NCBI GenBank assembly: GCA_964570695.1
Contig: CAZNAE010000001.1
Location: 8,290 to 72,289 of the forward strand
Length of the DNA: 64,000 nt
Direction of reading: 5' to 3'
Source: an uncultured Devosia sp.
GTDB lineage: Bacteria; Pseudomonadota; Alphaproteobacteria; Rhizobiales; Devosiaceae
A model generated the notes under the pieces. The model did no database searches and was not told the DNA's origin. It saw only the letters and a program-made list of their open reading frames with translations. Both the position numbers and the translations under genes were made by a program. Position 1 is the stretch's first letter. Every line of letters starts with the position of its first letter. Shown in pieces: positions 11,666-21,260 of the stretch.

Positions 11666-12226
11666 CTATGTCCCCGGCTTTGCCTGCGCCTGCTCGCGCC
11701 GATCGTCGAGGACGAACGCCGCGCCGCCGACGCCGAAGCCGGCGAGCAGTGCCGCGCCATGAATATCGGCGCTGAAGAACAGCCAGAGCCCGATAGCGCC
11801 CCACACCACGGTGCTGAGATATTGCGCGACGGTCGGCAATTCTTTGCGGCCCATCTGCCAGATCGAATAGAGCCCGATCAGTCCGCAGATCGCCACAGAA
11901 TTGCCGCCGCCCACCGGCTGCCAGAAGATGCCCGCGACCTCGCCCGCAAGACCCGCGACGATATAGCCGATACCCCACCACAGCCGGCCGATCTGCCGCT
12001 CGACGCCGATGCCGAACGCCAGCAGGCCGACCGAGTTGATCACGATCTGCGGCCAGCCATCGGTCAGCACCAGCCAGGTCGTGACGAACCGCCACCACTC
12101 GCCATGCAGCATCGCGGGATCGCGCTCGAGCGACGGCCCGATCTGCGGCCAGACGTACATCGCCGCCGTTACCGCCGAAGTTGTGGCGAAGACGACGAGA
12201 GTCAGCCAGGGGAAGCGGCGTGTCAT
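11666..12226 (-). CDS. Rhomboid-family intramembrane serine protease
   Basis: GEWWRFVT loop motif, G..VER, GGGNSVAICGL (GxS catalytic Ser), DIHG (catalytic His); about six TM helices. Confidence 0.75.
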   Translation of the reverse strand: MTRRFPWLTLVVFATTSAVTAAMYVWPQIGPSLERDPAMLHGEWWRFVTTWLVLTDGWPQIVINSVGLLAFGIGVERQIGRLWWGIGYIVAGLAGEVAGIFWQPVGGGNSVAICGLIGLYSIWQMGRKELPTVAQYLSTVVWGAIGLWLFFSADIHGAALLAGFGVGGAAFVLDDRREQAQAKPGT

Positions 12227-12229
12227 CGC

Positions 12230-13276
12230 TTACGCCTCACCGTCTCCCGGCTCCTCGAACAGGCTCGCCTGCACGCCGACAAAGCCCTGTGGTACCGGTA
12301 GCTCGAGATGCGTGAACGCCAATGCGGTTAGCATGCGGCCGCGCGGCGTGCGCTGGATGAAGCCCTGCTGGATGAGATAGGGTTCGACGATCTCTTCGAG
12401 CGCATCGCGCGGCTCGCTCAGCGCCGCGGCGATTGTCTCGATGCCGACCGGCCCGCCATTGTAGAACTCCGCTATAGTCTTAAGGTAGCGGCGGTCGAGC
12501 TGGTCGAGCCCGCGCGCATCGACATCGAGCCGAAGCAATGCCTTGTCGGCGACCTGCCGGGTGATCGACTTGGCGCCGTCGACCAGCGCAAAATCCGTCA
12601 CCCGCCGCAGCAACCGGCCGGCGATGCGCGGCGTGCCGCGCGAGCGGCGTGCGATCTCCAGCGCCCCGTCCGGCGCCATGCCGATGCCGAGCAGCCGCGC
12701 GCCGCGCTCGACGATCTGCACCAGTTCCTCCGGTGAATAAAAATTGAGCCGCACCGGAATGCCGAAACGGTCGCGCAGCGGCGTCGTCAGCAACCCGGCC
12801 CGCGTCGTCGCGCCGATCAGCGTGAATTTGGCGAGGTCGATCCGCACCGAGCGCGCCGCCGGACCCTCGCCGATGATCAAATCGAGCTGGTAATCCTCCA
12901 TCGCCGGATAGAGAATTTCCTCGATCGCCGGGTTGAGGCGATGAATCTCGTCGATGAACAGTACGTCGTGCTCTTCGAGATTGGTCAGCAGCGCGGCGAG
13001 GTCGCCGGCCTTGGCGATCACCGGCCCTGACGTTGCCCGGAACCCAACACCGAGTTCGCGCGCCACGATCTGCGCCAGCGTCGTCTTGCCAAGCCCTGGC
13101 GGTCCGACAAACAGCACATGGTCGAGCGCCGCCTTCCGCTGCTTGGCAGCCGCGATGAACACCTCGAGATTGGCCCGCGCCTGCGCCTGCCCGATAAACT
13201 CGGCAAAGCCGCTCGGCCTCAGCGACACATCCAGCGGCTCGTCGCGGCCGGCGGCAGGTGAAGTCAGCGCGGTCAC
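12230..13276 (-). CDS. ruvB: Holliday junction branch migration helicase RuvB
   Basis: [36 protein letters not shown]. Confidence 0.99.
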   Translation of the reverse strand: MTALTSPAAGRDEPLDVSLRPSGFAEFIGQAQARANLEVFIAAAKQRKAALDHVLFVGPPGLGKTTLAQIVARELGVGFRATSGPVIAKAGDLAALLTNLEEHDVLFIDEIHRLNPAIEEILYPAMEDYQLDLIIGEGPAARSVRIDLAKFTLIGATTRAGLLTTPLRDRFGIPVRLNFYSPEELVQIVERGARLLGIGMAPDGALEIARRSRGTPRIAGRLLRRVTDFALVDGAKSITRQVADKALLRLDVDARGLDQLDRRYLKTIAEFYNGGPVGIETIAAALSEPRDALEEIVEPYLIQQGFIQRTPRGRMLTALAFTHLELPVPQGFVGVQASLFEEPGDGEA

Positions 13277-13671
13277 TTCAGTAGCTCCATGCCGGGGATG
13301 CTCTTGGCGGCATTTTGATCGAAGGTGACCGTGGCCCGGCTGCCATTCGCCACCGCGGTCCGCGCGATGAGGAAATCCGCGATGTCGATCTTCTTTTGCT
13401 GCGCCATCATCACAGCGTCCGAGACGAACTCGTGATGCTCAAGAGCGAAATCCGGGCTGGCCAGCAGCTTATCAAGGACGCCTACGATCGCGGCGTGCGA
13501 AAAGTCGTACGTGTCATTCAGCAACCAGACCAGCTCGGCAACGACCACAAGACTGACGAAGGCCGGATTGGCACTCGATCGGCTTGCGAAGAATTGCCCC
13601 GCGACTTCCGACTGGCGAGGATTGTCGACGACAAACAGCCGAACCAGGACGTTGGTATCGACACCAATCAA
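13273..13671 (-). CDS. PIN-domain toxin (VapC-like)
   Basis: [29 protein letters not shown] acidic PIN tetrad; 4-nt overlaps with both the antitoxin and ruvB. Confidence 0.9.
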   Translation of the reverse strand: MIGVDTNVLVRLFVVDNPRQSEVAGQFFASRSSANPAFVSLVVVAELVWLLNDTYDFSHAAIVGVLDKLLASPDFALEHHEFVSDAVMMAQQKKIDIADFLIARTAVANGSRATVTFDQNAAKSIPGMELLK

Positions 13672-13955
13672 CGCGCCGTCTTTCGCTTGAACCGCTTCGA
13701 CACAGCTTCCCCCGTGGCGGCATTCATCTCGGCGATTGTAACATGCCTTCCGTTTGGCGGCGGCCCCAGAATTCCCAGCAGGTCGACGGCCCTCAACGTC
13801 CGGGGCTTGACCGTGGCCTTACCTTCCTCGTCCAGTGTCCACTCCACCTGACTACCCTCCTCAAGACCAAGAAAATCCCGGACCTCCTTGGGCACGGTTG
13901 TCTGACCCTTGGACGTAACCTTGCCCAGATATCTTTCTCTTACCTTGGCAACCAT
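13668..13955 (-). CDS. AbrB/MazE/SpoVT-family antitoxin
   Basis: KVTSKGQTTVPKEVRDFLGLEEGSQVEW swapped-hairpin motif; directly upstream of the PIN gene. Confidence 0.9.
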   Translation of the reverse strand: MVAKVRERYLGKVTSKGQTTVPKEVRDFLGLEEGSQVEWTLDEEGKATVKPRTLRAVDLLGILGPPPNGRHVTIAEMNAATGEAVSKRFKRKTAR

Positions 13956-14000
13956 TCCTTACTCCTACGGAAATTCCTTACCCGGGAGAATAGTAAGGAA
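13955..14000. promoter_or_regulatory. Putative antitoxin operator array
   Basis: TTCCTTAC at 13955 and 13974 and inverted GTAAGGAA at 13993, spaced 19 bp apart. Confidence 0.6.
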
Positions 14001-14018
14001 AGCCTTCGGCTGCAAGGA

Positions 14019-14636
14019 TCAGCTCGCCAGTTCCCGCAGCCCCAGCCGGATCAGCGTCGCCGTCTCGGTTGCGTCGCCCTCCTTGCTCACCACCCGCGCC
14101 ACGGCGGCGCTGGCCTGCGCGCTCGAGTAGCCCAGATTGCTGAGCGCCGAGACGGCGTCGGCGACGTTCGAGCGCGCGGTACCTTCGCCGAGCGCCTGCT
14201 GCAGACCGAGCGTTCCGGCATCGATGCCGATCCCGGTCGGCACCTTGCCTTTGAGCTCGGTGACCAGCCGCGTTGCAAGCTTCGGGCCGACGCCATTGGC
14301 GCGGCCGACCATCGCCTTGTCCTGGAGAGCGATGGCGCTGGCGAGTTCGCCGGTGCTGAGCGTCGAGAGCACGGACAGCGCGACCCGCGCGCCCACCCCC
14401 TGCACCGTCATCAGCGTCGTGAACCAGGCTTTTTCGTCCGGCGTCGAAAAGCCGTAGAGCCGGATCATGTCCTCGCGCACGATCATCTCGATGTGAACCA
14501 CCGCAGCGTGTCCCACGGTCGGGAGTGCCGCCATGGTCTTGGACGAACAGAATGCCTCGTAGACCACTCCGCCCACATCGATATGCACATAGTCGTCGCC
14601 GAAGCCGTCGATCAGCCCCCTGAGCTTGCCGATCAT
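14019..14636 (-). CDS. ruvA: Holliday junction branch migration protein RuvA
   Basis: [21 protein letters not shown] HhH, C-terminal [10 protein letters not shown]. Confidence 0.98.
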   Translation of the reverse strand: MIGKLRGLIDGFGDDYVHIDVGGVVYEAFCSSKTMAALPTVGHAAVVHIEMIVREDMIRLYGFSTPDEKAWFTTLMTVQGVGARVALSVLSTLSTGELASAIALQDKAMVGRANGVGPKLATRLVTELKGKVPTGIGIDAGTLGLQQALGEGTARSNVADAVSALSNLGYSSAQASAAVARVVSKEGDATETATLIRLGLRELAS

Positions 14637-15136
14637 GCGCTGACCCGTAGCGCCGCCATGCCGCGGTGGTGCGCGTGGCAGATGGCGATGGCGAGCGCGT
14701 CGGCTGCGTCGGCGCCCTTGAAGTCCGCAGCGGGTAGCAGGGTCTTTATCATCAGCTGCACCTGCGTCTTTTCGGCATGGCCGGTTCCGACGACGGACTT
14801 CTTGACGAGGTTCGCAGCATATTCGCCGACCTTGAGCCCCATCGCGGCGGGCGTCATTAGCGCCACGCCGCGCGCTTGTCCGAGTTGTAGCGCCGAGCGC
14901 GCGCCGGCGCTCACGAAGGTCTCCTCGACCGCCGCCTCATCCGGCCGGTGCGCCTCGATCAATGCCACGAGCCCCGCGTGCAATGCCGCCAGCCGCTCGG
15001 CCAGCGGCAGATCGACCGGCGGCATGATCGTGCCGCAGGCGACGAAACGCAGTCGGTTGCCCTCGCTCTCGATGACCCCCCAGCCGCAACGCCTGAGGCC
15101 CGGATCGATGCCAATGATTCGCACCATGTTGCTCAT
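14633..15136 (-). CDS. ruvC: Crossover junction endodeoxyribonuclease RuvC
   Basis: [30 protein letters not shown]. Confidence 0.98.
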   Translation of the reverse strand: MSNMVRIIGIDPGLRRCGWGVIESEGNRLRFVACGTIMPPVDLPLAERLAALHAGLVALIEAHRPDEAAVEETFVSAGARSALQLGQARGVALMTPAAMGLKVGEYAANLVKKSVVGTGHAEKTQVQLMIKTLLPAADFKGADAADALAIAICHAHHRGMAALRVSA

Positions 15137-15181
15137 GTCCCTTGGCTTAAGCCGTCCGGCAAAACCTACCAAGCGCTATGT

Positions 15182-15196
15182 GAACAAAACGGCAAC
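15182..15196. promoter_or_regulatory. Alphaproteobacterial LexA (SOS) box upstream of ruvC
   Basis: GAAC-AAAACGG-CAAC, one mismatch to GAAC-N7-GAAC, about 45 nt upstream of the ruvC start. Confidence 0.6.
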
Positions 15197-15289
15197 AAAT
15201 CTCCGGTTTGCAGGTTGAGTCGCATTTTATTAATGCCCTGAAGCCGATGTTCAGCGGCATCGCTTATCTCGGCGACGCGCGGGGCGACA

Positions 15290-16108
15290 GTGGTGACCGG
15301 AATGGCTGAAATCGACAGGCGCCTGCCCAACGCGGCGTGGCGCTCCATTGCTGCCTGGACGGCGGTGGTGGTGGCGATCTCCGTTATACTGTCCGATGGT
15401 CTGTCGATCTGGCTGCTCGACACCTTCTCGCAGGGCATCAACGAGATCGGTCTGATCATCGCGACCGTGTTGCCGATCGTGCTCGGTGGCCCGATGACCT
15501 TTTACCATATGCTGCGTCACCGGCAGTTGCGCGCCGCCAACGCTCAACTCGACATCCTTGCCTCGACCGACTGGCTGACCGACTGCCTCAACCGCCGCGC
15601 CTTCACGGCGGACGCGTCGAGCCTGCTCGAGCCGGGCGACGGAGCGCTCCTGGTCATCGACGCCGACCACTTCAAATCCGTCAATGATCGCTTCGGCCAT
15701 GAAGCCGGCGACGACGCCTTGCGCGAGCTGGCTGCGACCATCCGTTCCGCCGTGCGCGAGCACGACGTGGTCGGCCGGATCGGCGGGGAGGAGTTCGGCG
15801 TCTTCCTGCCAGGTGCCGACTTCGACACGGCCATCCACATTGCCCAGCGCATCCGCGAGGCGGTCGCCGAGATCGCCTTCGCCCCCGCCGGCGGCTCCTG
15901 CTCGCTGTCAGTCAGCATTGGCGGCGCCAGCGTCGCCGGACATGCCAATTTCGGCGAATTGTTCCGCGTCGCCGACCAGCAGCTTTATGGCGCTAAGTCC
16001 GCCGGGCGCAATCGGATCGAACTGGTCCGCATGCCACCGAGCATCGATCAACCGGCGAACTCGAACCGCGCGACCGGGACGGACCAGGCCGCGGCTGCGT
16101 CGCCCTAG
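15290..16108 (+). CDS. Membrane-anchored diguanylate cyclase
   Basis: Two N-terminal TM helices; DADHFKSVNDRFGHEAGD; RxxD I-site (REHD) five residues before GGEEF. Confidence 0.93.
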   Translation: MVTGMAEIDRRLPNAAWRSIAAWTAVVVAISVILSDGLSIWLLDTFSQGINEIGLIIATVLPIVLGGPMTFYHMLRHRQLRAANAQLDILASTDWLTDCLNRRAFTADASSLLEPGDGALLVIDADHFKSVNDRFGHEAGDDALRELAATIRSAVREHDVVGRIGGEEFGVFLPGADFDTAIHIAQRIREAVAEIAFAPAGGSCSLSVSIGGASVAGHANFGELFRVADQQLYGAKSAGRNRIELVRMPPSIDQPANSNRATGTDQAAAASP

Positions 16109-16120
16109 CGTCTCGTCACT

Positions 16121-16696
16121 TCACTTGGCGAGCGTGCGCTCGATCCGTCGATCGGGGATAAACCACATGGCCGCAACCAGCACGTAGAAGCCGCAGGCGA
16201 TGTAGGGGTGAATGAACGCGCTGGCGATGCCGAGAACATAGAGGATCGGCGACGCGATCCCCTTCCAGTCGTTGCCGAGCGCCTGCGCCAGAGCCGAATC
16301 CTTGCCGTGCAGCCGGATGATCAAATGCGCGACGAGATAGAACGCCACGCCCGCCATCAGCAGCACGATGCCGTAGATCACCACCGGCCAGAGCGCGTAG
16401 TGGTTCTCGCCCATCCAGTCGGTGGTGAACGGCACCAGCGACAGCCAGAACAGCAGGAAATTGTTGGCCCACATGATCCCGCCATTCACGTGCTGGACCG
16501 TGTGGAACAGATGGTGGTGGTTGTTCCAGTAGATGCCGATGAAGATGAAGCTCAGCACATAGGCGAAGAACGCCGGCGCGTCCTCGAGCAAGGCGGCGAG
16601 GTCGGCGGAATGCGGCGCGTGCAGTTCCAGCACCATGATGGTGATGATCACCGCCAGCACGCCGTCGCTGAATGCCTCGATGCGCCCCTTCCCCAT
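16121..16696 (-). CDS. TMEM175/DUF1211-family potassium channel
   Basis: RIEAFSDGVLAVIITIMVL signature, YWNNHH, six TM helices. Confidence 0.92.
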   Translation of the reverse strand: MGKGRIEAFSDGVLAVIITIMVLELHAPHSADLAALLEDAPAFFAYVLSFIFIGIYWNNHHHLFHTVQHVNGGIMWANNFLLFWLSLVPFTTDWMGENHYALWPVVIYGIVLLMAGVAFYLVAHLIIRLHGKDSALAQALGNDWKGIASPILYVLGIASAFIHPYIACGFYVLVAAMWFIPDRRIERTLAK

Positions 16697-16712
16697 TTGC
16701 CCCCGCGGTCGC

Positions 16713-17471
16713 TCAGCCCTCGAGCTTCGCCATATCCTCGTCGCTCATCTCGAAATTGGCGTAGACGTCCTGGATGTCGTCGTCGTCCTCGAGCAGGCCG
16801 ATCAGCTTGATCAGTGTCGCACCTTTGTCACCGTCGACTGGAACGTTGTTCTGCGGCCGCCAGGCAGCTTTCACCGATTCCGCTTCTCCGAGGCTCTTCT
16901 CGAGCGCCGCGGCGACATCCATCATGCTCTCGAACGACGTGTAGATCGTGTGGCCGCCTTCGTATCTGTCTTCATCGGACTCGACGTCGTCAGCGCCGGC
17001 GTCGATCGCCGCTTCCATCACCTTGTCGGCGCTGCCGACTTTGACGGAATAGGAAATCTCGCCAACCCGGTCGAACATGAAGGCCACCGAGTTGGTCTCG
17101 CCGAGCGCGCCCCCGTTCTTGGAGAAGGTCGAGCGGACGTTCGAGGCGGTGCGGTTGCGGTTGTCGGTCAATGCCTCGACGATGATTGCGACGCCACCGG
17201 GGCCGTAGCCTTCGTAGCGGATCTGCTCATAGTTCTCGCCATCTGCGCCCTGTGCCTTCTTGATGGCGCGCTCGATGTTCTCGCGCGGCATCGACTGGCC
17301 ACGGGCGGACTGCACCGCGAGACGCAGCCGCGAATTGAACGCCGGGTCTGGGGCGCCGAGCTTGGCGGCGACGGTGATTTCCCGCGCCAGTTTGGAAAAC
17401 ACCTTCGAGCGAGCGGCGTCGCTCTTGCCCTTGCGGTGCATAATATTCTTGGCATGCGAATGGCCGGCCAT
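16713..17471 (-). CDS. yebC: YebC/PmpR-family protein
   Basis: MAGHS...[37 protein letters not shown]. Confidence 0.97.
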   Translation of the reverse strand: MAGHSHAKNIMHRKGKSDAARSKVFSKLAREITVAAKLGAPDPAFNSRLRLAVQSARGQSMPRENIERAIKKAQGADGENYEQIRYEGYGPGGVAIIVEALTDNRNRTASNVRSTFSKNGGALGETNSVAFMFDRVGEISYSVKVGSADKVMEAAIDAGADDVESDEDRYEGGHTIYTSFESMMDVAAALEKSLGEAESVKAAWRPQNNVPVDGDKGATLIKLIGLLEDDDDIQDVYANFEMSDEDMAKLEG

Positions 17472-17587
17472 GCGGACATCCCCCTCGATGGACGTTGAAA
17501 TTCGGTCGCGCCTTATAGTGGGCTGGCCGGAGGTTGTGAAGCCGACCTCAGGCTTCGGTCGGCAGCCGCAAGGTTTCGTCGTCCACG

Positions 17588-17845
17588 ATGGTGCAGCAAG
17601 ACCCGAACCGACGTTGCCGCGTCTCACGCGATCCGAAACGGCTCCCCGACGACCCGAAGTTCGCAATATCGGTGACGCCAAGATCCGGCAAGGCACGCAG
17701 GTTGTCTGGCAGATCAGGGAAACCGGCGAACATGGCAGTTTCTTCGTGCCGCTCGACCTGCTGGCCGGGCGACGAAGTGCCGGATCTCGCAGCTCTTGCG
17801 GCAGGTATCCCCAAGACCAATCACTGCTTCTCGAACATCGCCTGA
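17588..17845 (+). pseudogene. Possible degraded or frameshifted small hypothetical gene
   Basis: Protein-like stretches with G/C-ending codons alternate between two frames ([10 protein letters not shown] / [30 protein letters not shown] / [24 protein letters not shown]). Confidence 0.3.
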
Positions 17846-17907
17846 ACTGACGGCCGGCGCCTGCAGGCGCCGGTCACACCTCAGCAAGGTTACGAAAGTT
17901 CTACGCG

Positions 17908-17923
17908 TTAACGGATGATTAAC
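17908..17923 (+). promoter_or_regulatory. CtrA binding box
   Basis: Exact TTAA-CGGATGA-TTAAC match in an AT-rich intergenic region upstream of the sRNA candidate and rcdA. Confidence 0.8.
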
Positions 17924-17945
17924 TTCTTAGGGTTAATTTGATGCT

Positions 17946-18041
17946 TGTCCAGTTTGGACTTTGCAGAGCGGTTTCTCCCTCTGTTTGACGCCTCCCTGTT
18001 AACTTCCGAGAGCCGCCAGTTTTGACGGCTCTTTTTCTTTT
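17946..18041 (+). ncRNA. Candidate trans-acting sRNA (four stem-loops, CU-rich loops, intrinsic terminator)
   Basis: GTCCA-GTT-TGGAC; GCAGAG-CGGTTTCTCC-CTCTGT; TTGAC-GCCTCCCT-GTTAA; terminator GAGAGCCGCCA-GTTT-TGACGGCTCTT plus T-tract; 5' end estimated. Confidence 0.6.
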
Positions 18042-18142
18042 GCAGGCCGGCATCGCCTTCATTAAGCCTCCCTCAATGCCGAGCGTGGCACAAATACCCA
18101 GGGGCCAGCAGCGCTCCACCGGTGGTGCCATGGCTGATCGCA

Positions 18143-18667
18143 ATGACTGATCGCAACGACAATCCGGCCGTCGCCCTCGGGCCGCGGATCGTGGCGTCGG
18201 GTGGCTTCAGCGCCCTCTACAAGGAGGGCATGGCGCTGATCGAGGATGTCGCCGCCTATCTCGACGGCGATGGGCGCACCGAAAGCCGCGGCCTCACCCG
18301 CGAAACTTCGTTCACCTACGCCACCGAATCCATGCGGCTCACCACCCGGTTGATGCAGATCGCCTCCTGGCTACTGCTGCAGCGCGCTGTCAACGAAGGC
18401 GAGATCACCGTCGAGAACGCCCGCGTTGAAAAGGAAAAAGTGAAGTTTTCCGCGACGCCGGCGGAACGCGGCGGCCCCGGCTTCGCCACCCTGCCCGAGC
18501 GGCTCCGCACCTACATCGCCCAGGGCGACCGGCTGTTCGAGCGGGTCCTGCAGTTCGATCGCCTCGAACGCGGCGGCATCTCCGATGCGACGCCACCCAG
18601 CACCGAAGGCTCGATCGGCGACCAGCTCGCAAGGCTCAAGGCCGCCTTCGGCAAGCTCAGCAGCTAG
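18143..18667 (+). CDS. rcdA: DUF1465 protein, ClpXP adaptor RcdA
   Basis: LYKEGMALIEDVAAYLDGDGR...YATESMRLTTRLMQIASWLLLQRAV; convergent with rpmE. Confidence 0.88.
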   Translation: MTDRNDNPAVALGPRIVASGGFSALYKEGMALIEDVAAYLDGDGRTESRGLTRETSFTYATESMRLTTRLMQIASWLLLQRAVNEGEITVENARVEKEKVKFSATPAERGGPGFATLPERLRTYIAQGDRLFERVLQFDRLERGGISDATPPSTEGSIGDQLARLKAAFGKLSS

Positions 18668-18702
18668 CCACGGGCCAAGCCGTCTTCGGCGGCGATGCAA
18701 CA

Positions 18703-18728
18703 AAAAACCCGGCCGAGGCCGGGTTTTT
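18703..18728. terminator. Bidirectional terminator between rcdA and rpmE
   Basis: AAAAACCCGGCC-GA-GGCCGGGTTTTT. Confidence 0.85.
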
Positions 18729-18751
18729 CAAAACCATCGCAGCAACGGAAG

Positions 18752-18973
18752 TTAGATCCCGAGGCCCTTGAAGCGCTCGTTGAAGCGGCTGACGCGGCCA
18801 CCGCGGTCGAGCAAATTGCCCGTCACGCCGGTCCAGGCCGGATGGGTCTTGGAGTCGATGTCGAGCTGCAGCGTCTCGCCGGCTTTGCCGTAGGTCGAGC
18901 GCGTCTGGTAGGTGGTGCCGTCGGTCATCGCCACAGTGATCATGTGGTAGTCCGGGTGGATCTCTTTTTTCAT
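18752..18973 (-). CDS. rpmE: 50S ribosomal protein L31 (Cys-less type)
   Basis: [10 protein letters not shown]...[13 protein letters not shown]...[11 protein letters not shown]. Confidence 0.98.
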   Translation of the reverse strand: MKKEIHPDYHMITVAMTDGTTYQTRSTYGKAGETLQLDIDSKTHPAWTGVTGNLLDRGGRVSRFNERFKGLGI

Positions 18974-19129
18974 GGCATACCTCAAATCAAACGGGCGCCC
19001 AAAGCGCCCGGTGAGCCGTAAACGGGAATTTGGTCGGGTCTCTACAGAAAAACCGTGGATGCGGCAAGGGGGCATGGCACCGAGCAGCCGGGTTGCGGCG
19101 CTCCGAGCATCTGCCTATATCGGGGCACC

Positions 19130-20974
19130 TTGCCAAGCGATTCAAAGACTATCGGGAAAAGCGGCACCGCGCCGCGGCTTGGCCGCATTGGCGAAGCGCA
19201 GCAACGCGTCGACCCCAAATCGCTGCAGCCGCTGCGCCGGCTTGTGCCTTTTGTCCTTCGCTATCGCGGGCGCCTGCTCCTGACGCTCGGGTTCCTGATC
19301 GTCGCGGCCGTCTCGACCCTGATCATTCCCGCACTGGCGGGAAAGGTCGTCGATCTCGGCTTCGTCGAGAAAAACCTCCAGATCCTCACCAGCTACAGCT
19401 GGCTGATCATCGGCGTCGCCGCGGTGGTTGCCCTCGCCAGCGCCGGCCGCTTCTACTTCGTCTCCGTCCTCGGCGAACGCGTACTGACCGATCTGCGGCG
19501 TGCTGTGTTCGATCATCTGCTGACGCTTGATGCCACCTTCTACGATATGCACCGCGTCGGCGAGCTGACATCGCGCCTCAATGGCGACGTGGCGACAATC
19601 CGCGGCGCCATCGGCTCGAGCCTGTCGATGACGCTGCGCGGTATGGTCACCATCATCGGCGCCGTGGTGCTGATGTTCCTCACCAGTTGGTTCCTGGCGC
19701 TCGGTGTTGTCGTCATCGCGCCAGCCGTCATCATCCCGGTGATCATCCTCGCCCGCCGGCTACGCCGCATGTCGCGCCGCACCCAGGACGCGCTCGCCGA
19801 GATGTCGGCAATGGCCACCGAAACGCTCGGCGCCAGCAAAACCATCAAGAGCTTCGTCCAGGAGCCGTTCCAGTCGCAAATCTACGGCGACCGGGCGGAG
19901 GAATCCTACCAGGCCGAAGTGTCCCGCCTCGGCGGTCGCGCCGCCATGGTCGGCGGCATCATGTTCGGTGTTGTCGTCGGCGTCGTAGCGCTGGTCTGGT
20001 GGGGCGCCAAGCTGGTGTTCGACGGCACCGTGAGCACCGGCCAGCTCACCCAGTTCATGATCTACACGATCATGGCGACCAACGCCCTCGCCTCGATCTC
20101 CGAGGTCATGGGCTCGCTGCAGACCGTCGCCGGCGCCACCGAGCGGCTGATCGAAATTCTCGACACCAAGCCCGGCATTCTGGTGCCTGCAAATCCCGTT
20201 GCCCTGCCGGTGCCGGCGCGCGGCACGCTCGCCTTCGAGGCGGTGAACTTCGCCTATGAAACGCGCGACAACGAGCAGGTGCTGACCGATCTGAGTTTCG
20301 CGGTGAAGGCCGGCGAGACCGTCGCGCTGGTCGGCGCCTCCGGCGCCGGCAAGAGCACCGTCTTCGCGCTCGCCCAGCGCTTCTACGACGTCACCGGCGG
20401 CCGCATTCTGGTTGATGGCGTCGACATCCGGTCGGTTGCGCCCTCCGACCTCCGCCACCACTTCGCTTATGTCGAGCAGGAGCCGACAATCTTCGCCGGC
20501 ACCATCACCGACAATATCCGCTTCGGCAAACCGGACGCGACGCTCGCGGAAGTTGAGAACGCCGCCCGCGCGGCGCTGGTGCACGATTTCGTCATCGAGC
20601 TCGAGAATGGCTACGACTCGATGGTCGGCGAGCGCGGCGTCATGCTGTCGGGCGGTCAGAAGCAGCGCCTCGCCATCGCCCGCGCGCTGCTCAAGGACGC
20701 CCCGATCCTGCTGCTCGACGAAGCGACATCCGCTCTCGATGCGGAGAGCGAACGCCTGGTCCAGATGGCGCTCGAACATCTGATGCAGGGCCGTACGACG
20801 CTCGCCATCGCGCACCGCCTCGCCACCATTCGCGACGCCGACCGCATCCTTGTCCTCGACAAGGGCCGCATCATCGACCAGGGCACGCACGACGAACTCG
20901 TCCGCAAAGGCGGCCGCTACGCCGAACTCGCCCGCCTCCAGTTCCGCCTCGAAGAGCCGCGCGCGGCGGAGTGA
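19130..20974 (+). CDS. ABC exporter, fused permease/ATPase (MsbA/ABCB-like)
   Basis: Six-TM domain, Walker A GASGAGKS, LSGGQ signature, LLLDEATS, IAHR; start uncertain (TTG 19130, or 19055). Confidence 0.93.
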   Translation: MPSDSKTIGKSGTAPRLGRIGEAQQRVDPKSLQPLRRLVPFVLRYRGRLLLTLGFLIVAAVSTLIIPALAGKVVDLGFVEKNLQILTSYSWLIIGVAAVVALASAGRFYFVSVLGERVLTDLRRAVFDHLLTLDATFYDMHRVGELTSRLNGDVATIRGAIGSSLSMTLRGMVTIIGAVVLMFLTSWFLALGVVVIAPAVIIPVIILARRLRRMSRRTQDALAEMSAMATETLGASKTIKSFVQEPFQSQIYGDRAEESYQAEVSRLGGRAAMVGGIMFGVVVGVVALVWWGAKLVFDGTVSTGQLTQFMIYTIMATNALASISEVMGSLQTVAGATERLIEILDTKPGILVPANPVALPVPARGTLAFEAVNFAYETRDNEQVLTDLSFAVKAGETVALVGASGAGKSTVFALAQRFYDVTGGRILVDGVDIRSVAPSDLRHHFAYVEQEPTIFAGTITDNIRFGKPDATLAEVENAARAALVHDFVIELENGYDSMVGERGVMLSGGQKQRLAIARALLKDAPILLLDEATSALDAESERLVQMALEHLMQGRTTLAIAHRLATIRDADRILVLDKGRIIDQGTHDELVRKGGRYAELARLQFRLEEPRAAE

Positions 20975-21260
20975 TCAGGCGCGGCGCGGATGCGCCCCTT
21001 GGCCTCCGGCCAATAACTCTGCTCCGCCACTCGCAGATCGTAACTCGCCTGCAGGTTCAACCACATCTGCGGCGCGGTCCCAAAATAGGTACCAAGCCGC
21101 AACGCTGTGTCCGCGGTAATGCTGCGCCGTCCATTGACGATCTCTGCCACACGCTCACCGGCACATCGATGTCGCTGGCAAGCCGCGTCTGGCTGATGCC
21201 CATCGATGCAAGAAACTCCTCGAGCAGGATTTCGCCGGGGGGAATAGGGTCGAGCGTCAG
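20975..21260 (-). pseudogene. HigA-family addiction-module antitoxin remnant
   Basis: LDPIPPGEILLEEFL...SQTRLASDIDVPVS / frameshift near 21151 / VAEIVNGRRSITADTALRLGTYFGTAPQMWLNLQASYDL; no ATG, expected stop out of frame, no adjacent toxin. Confidence 0.8.
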
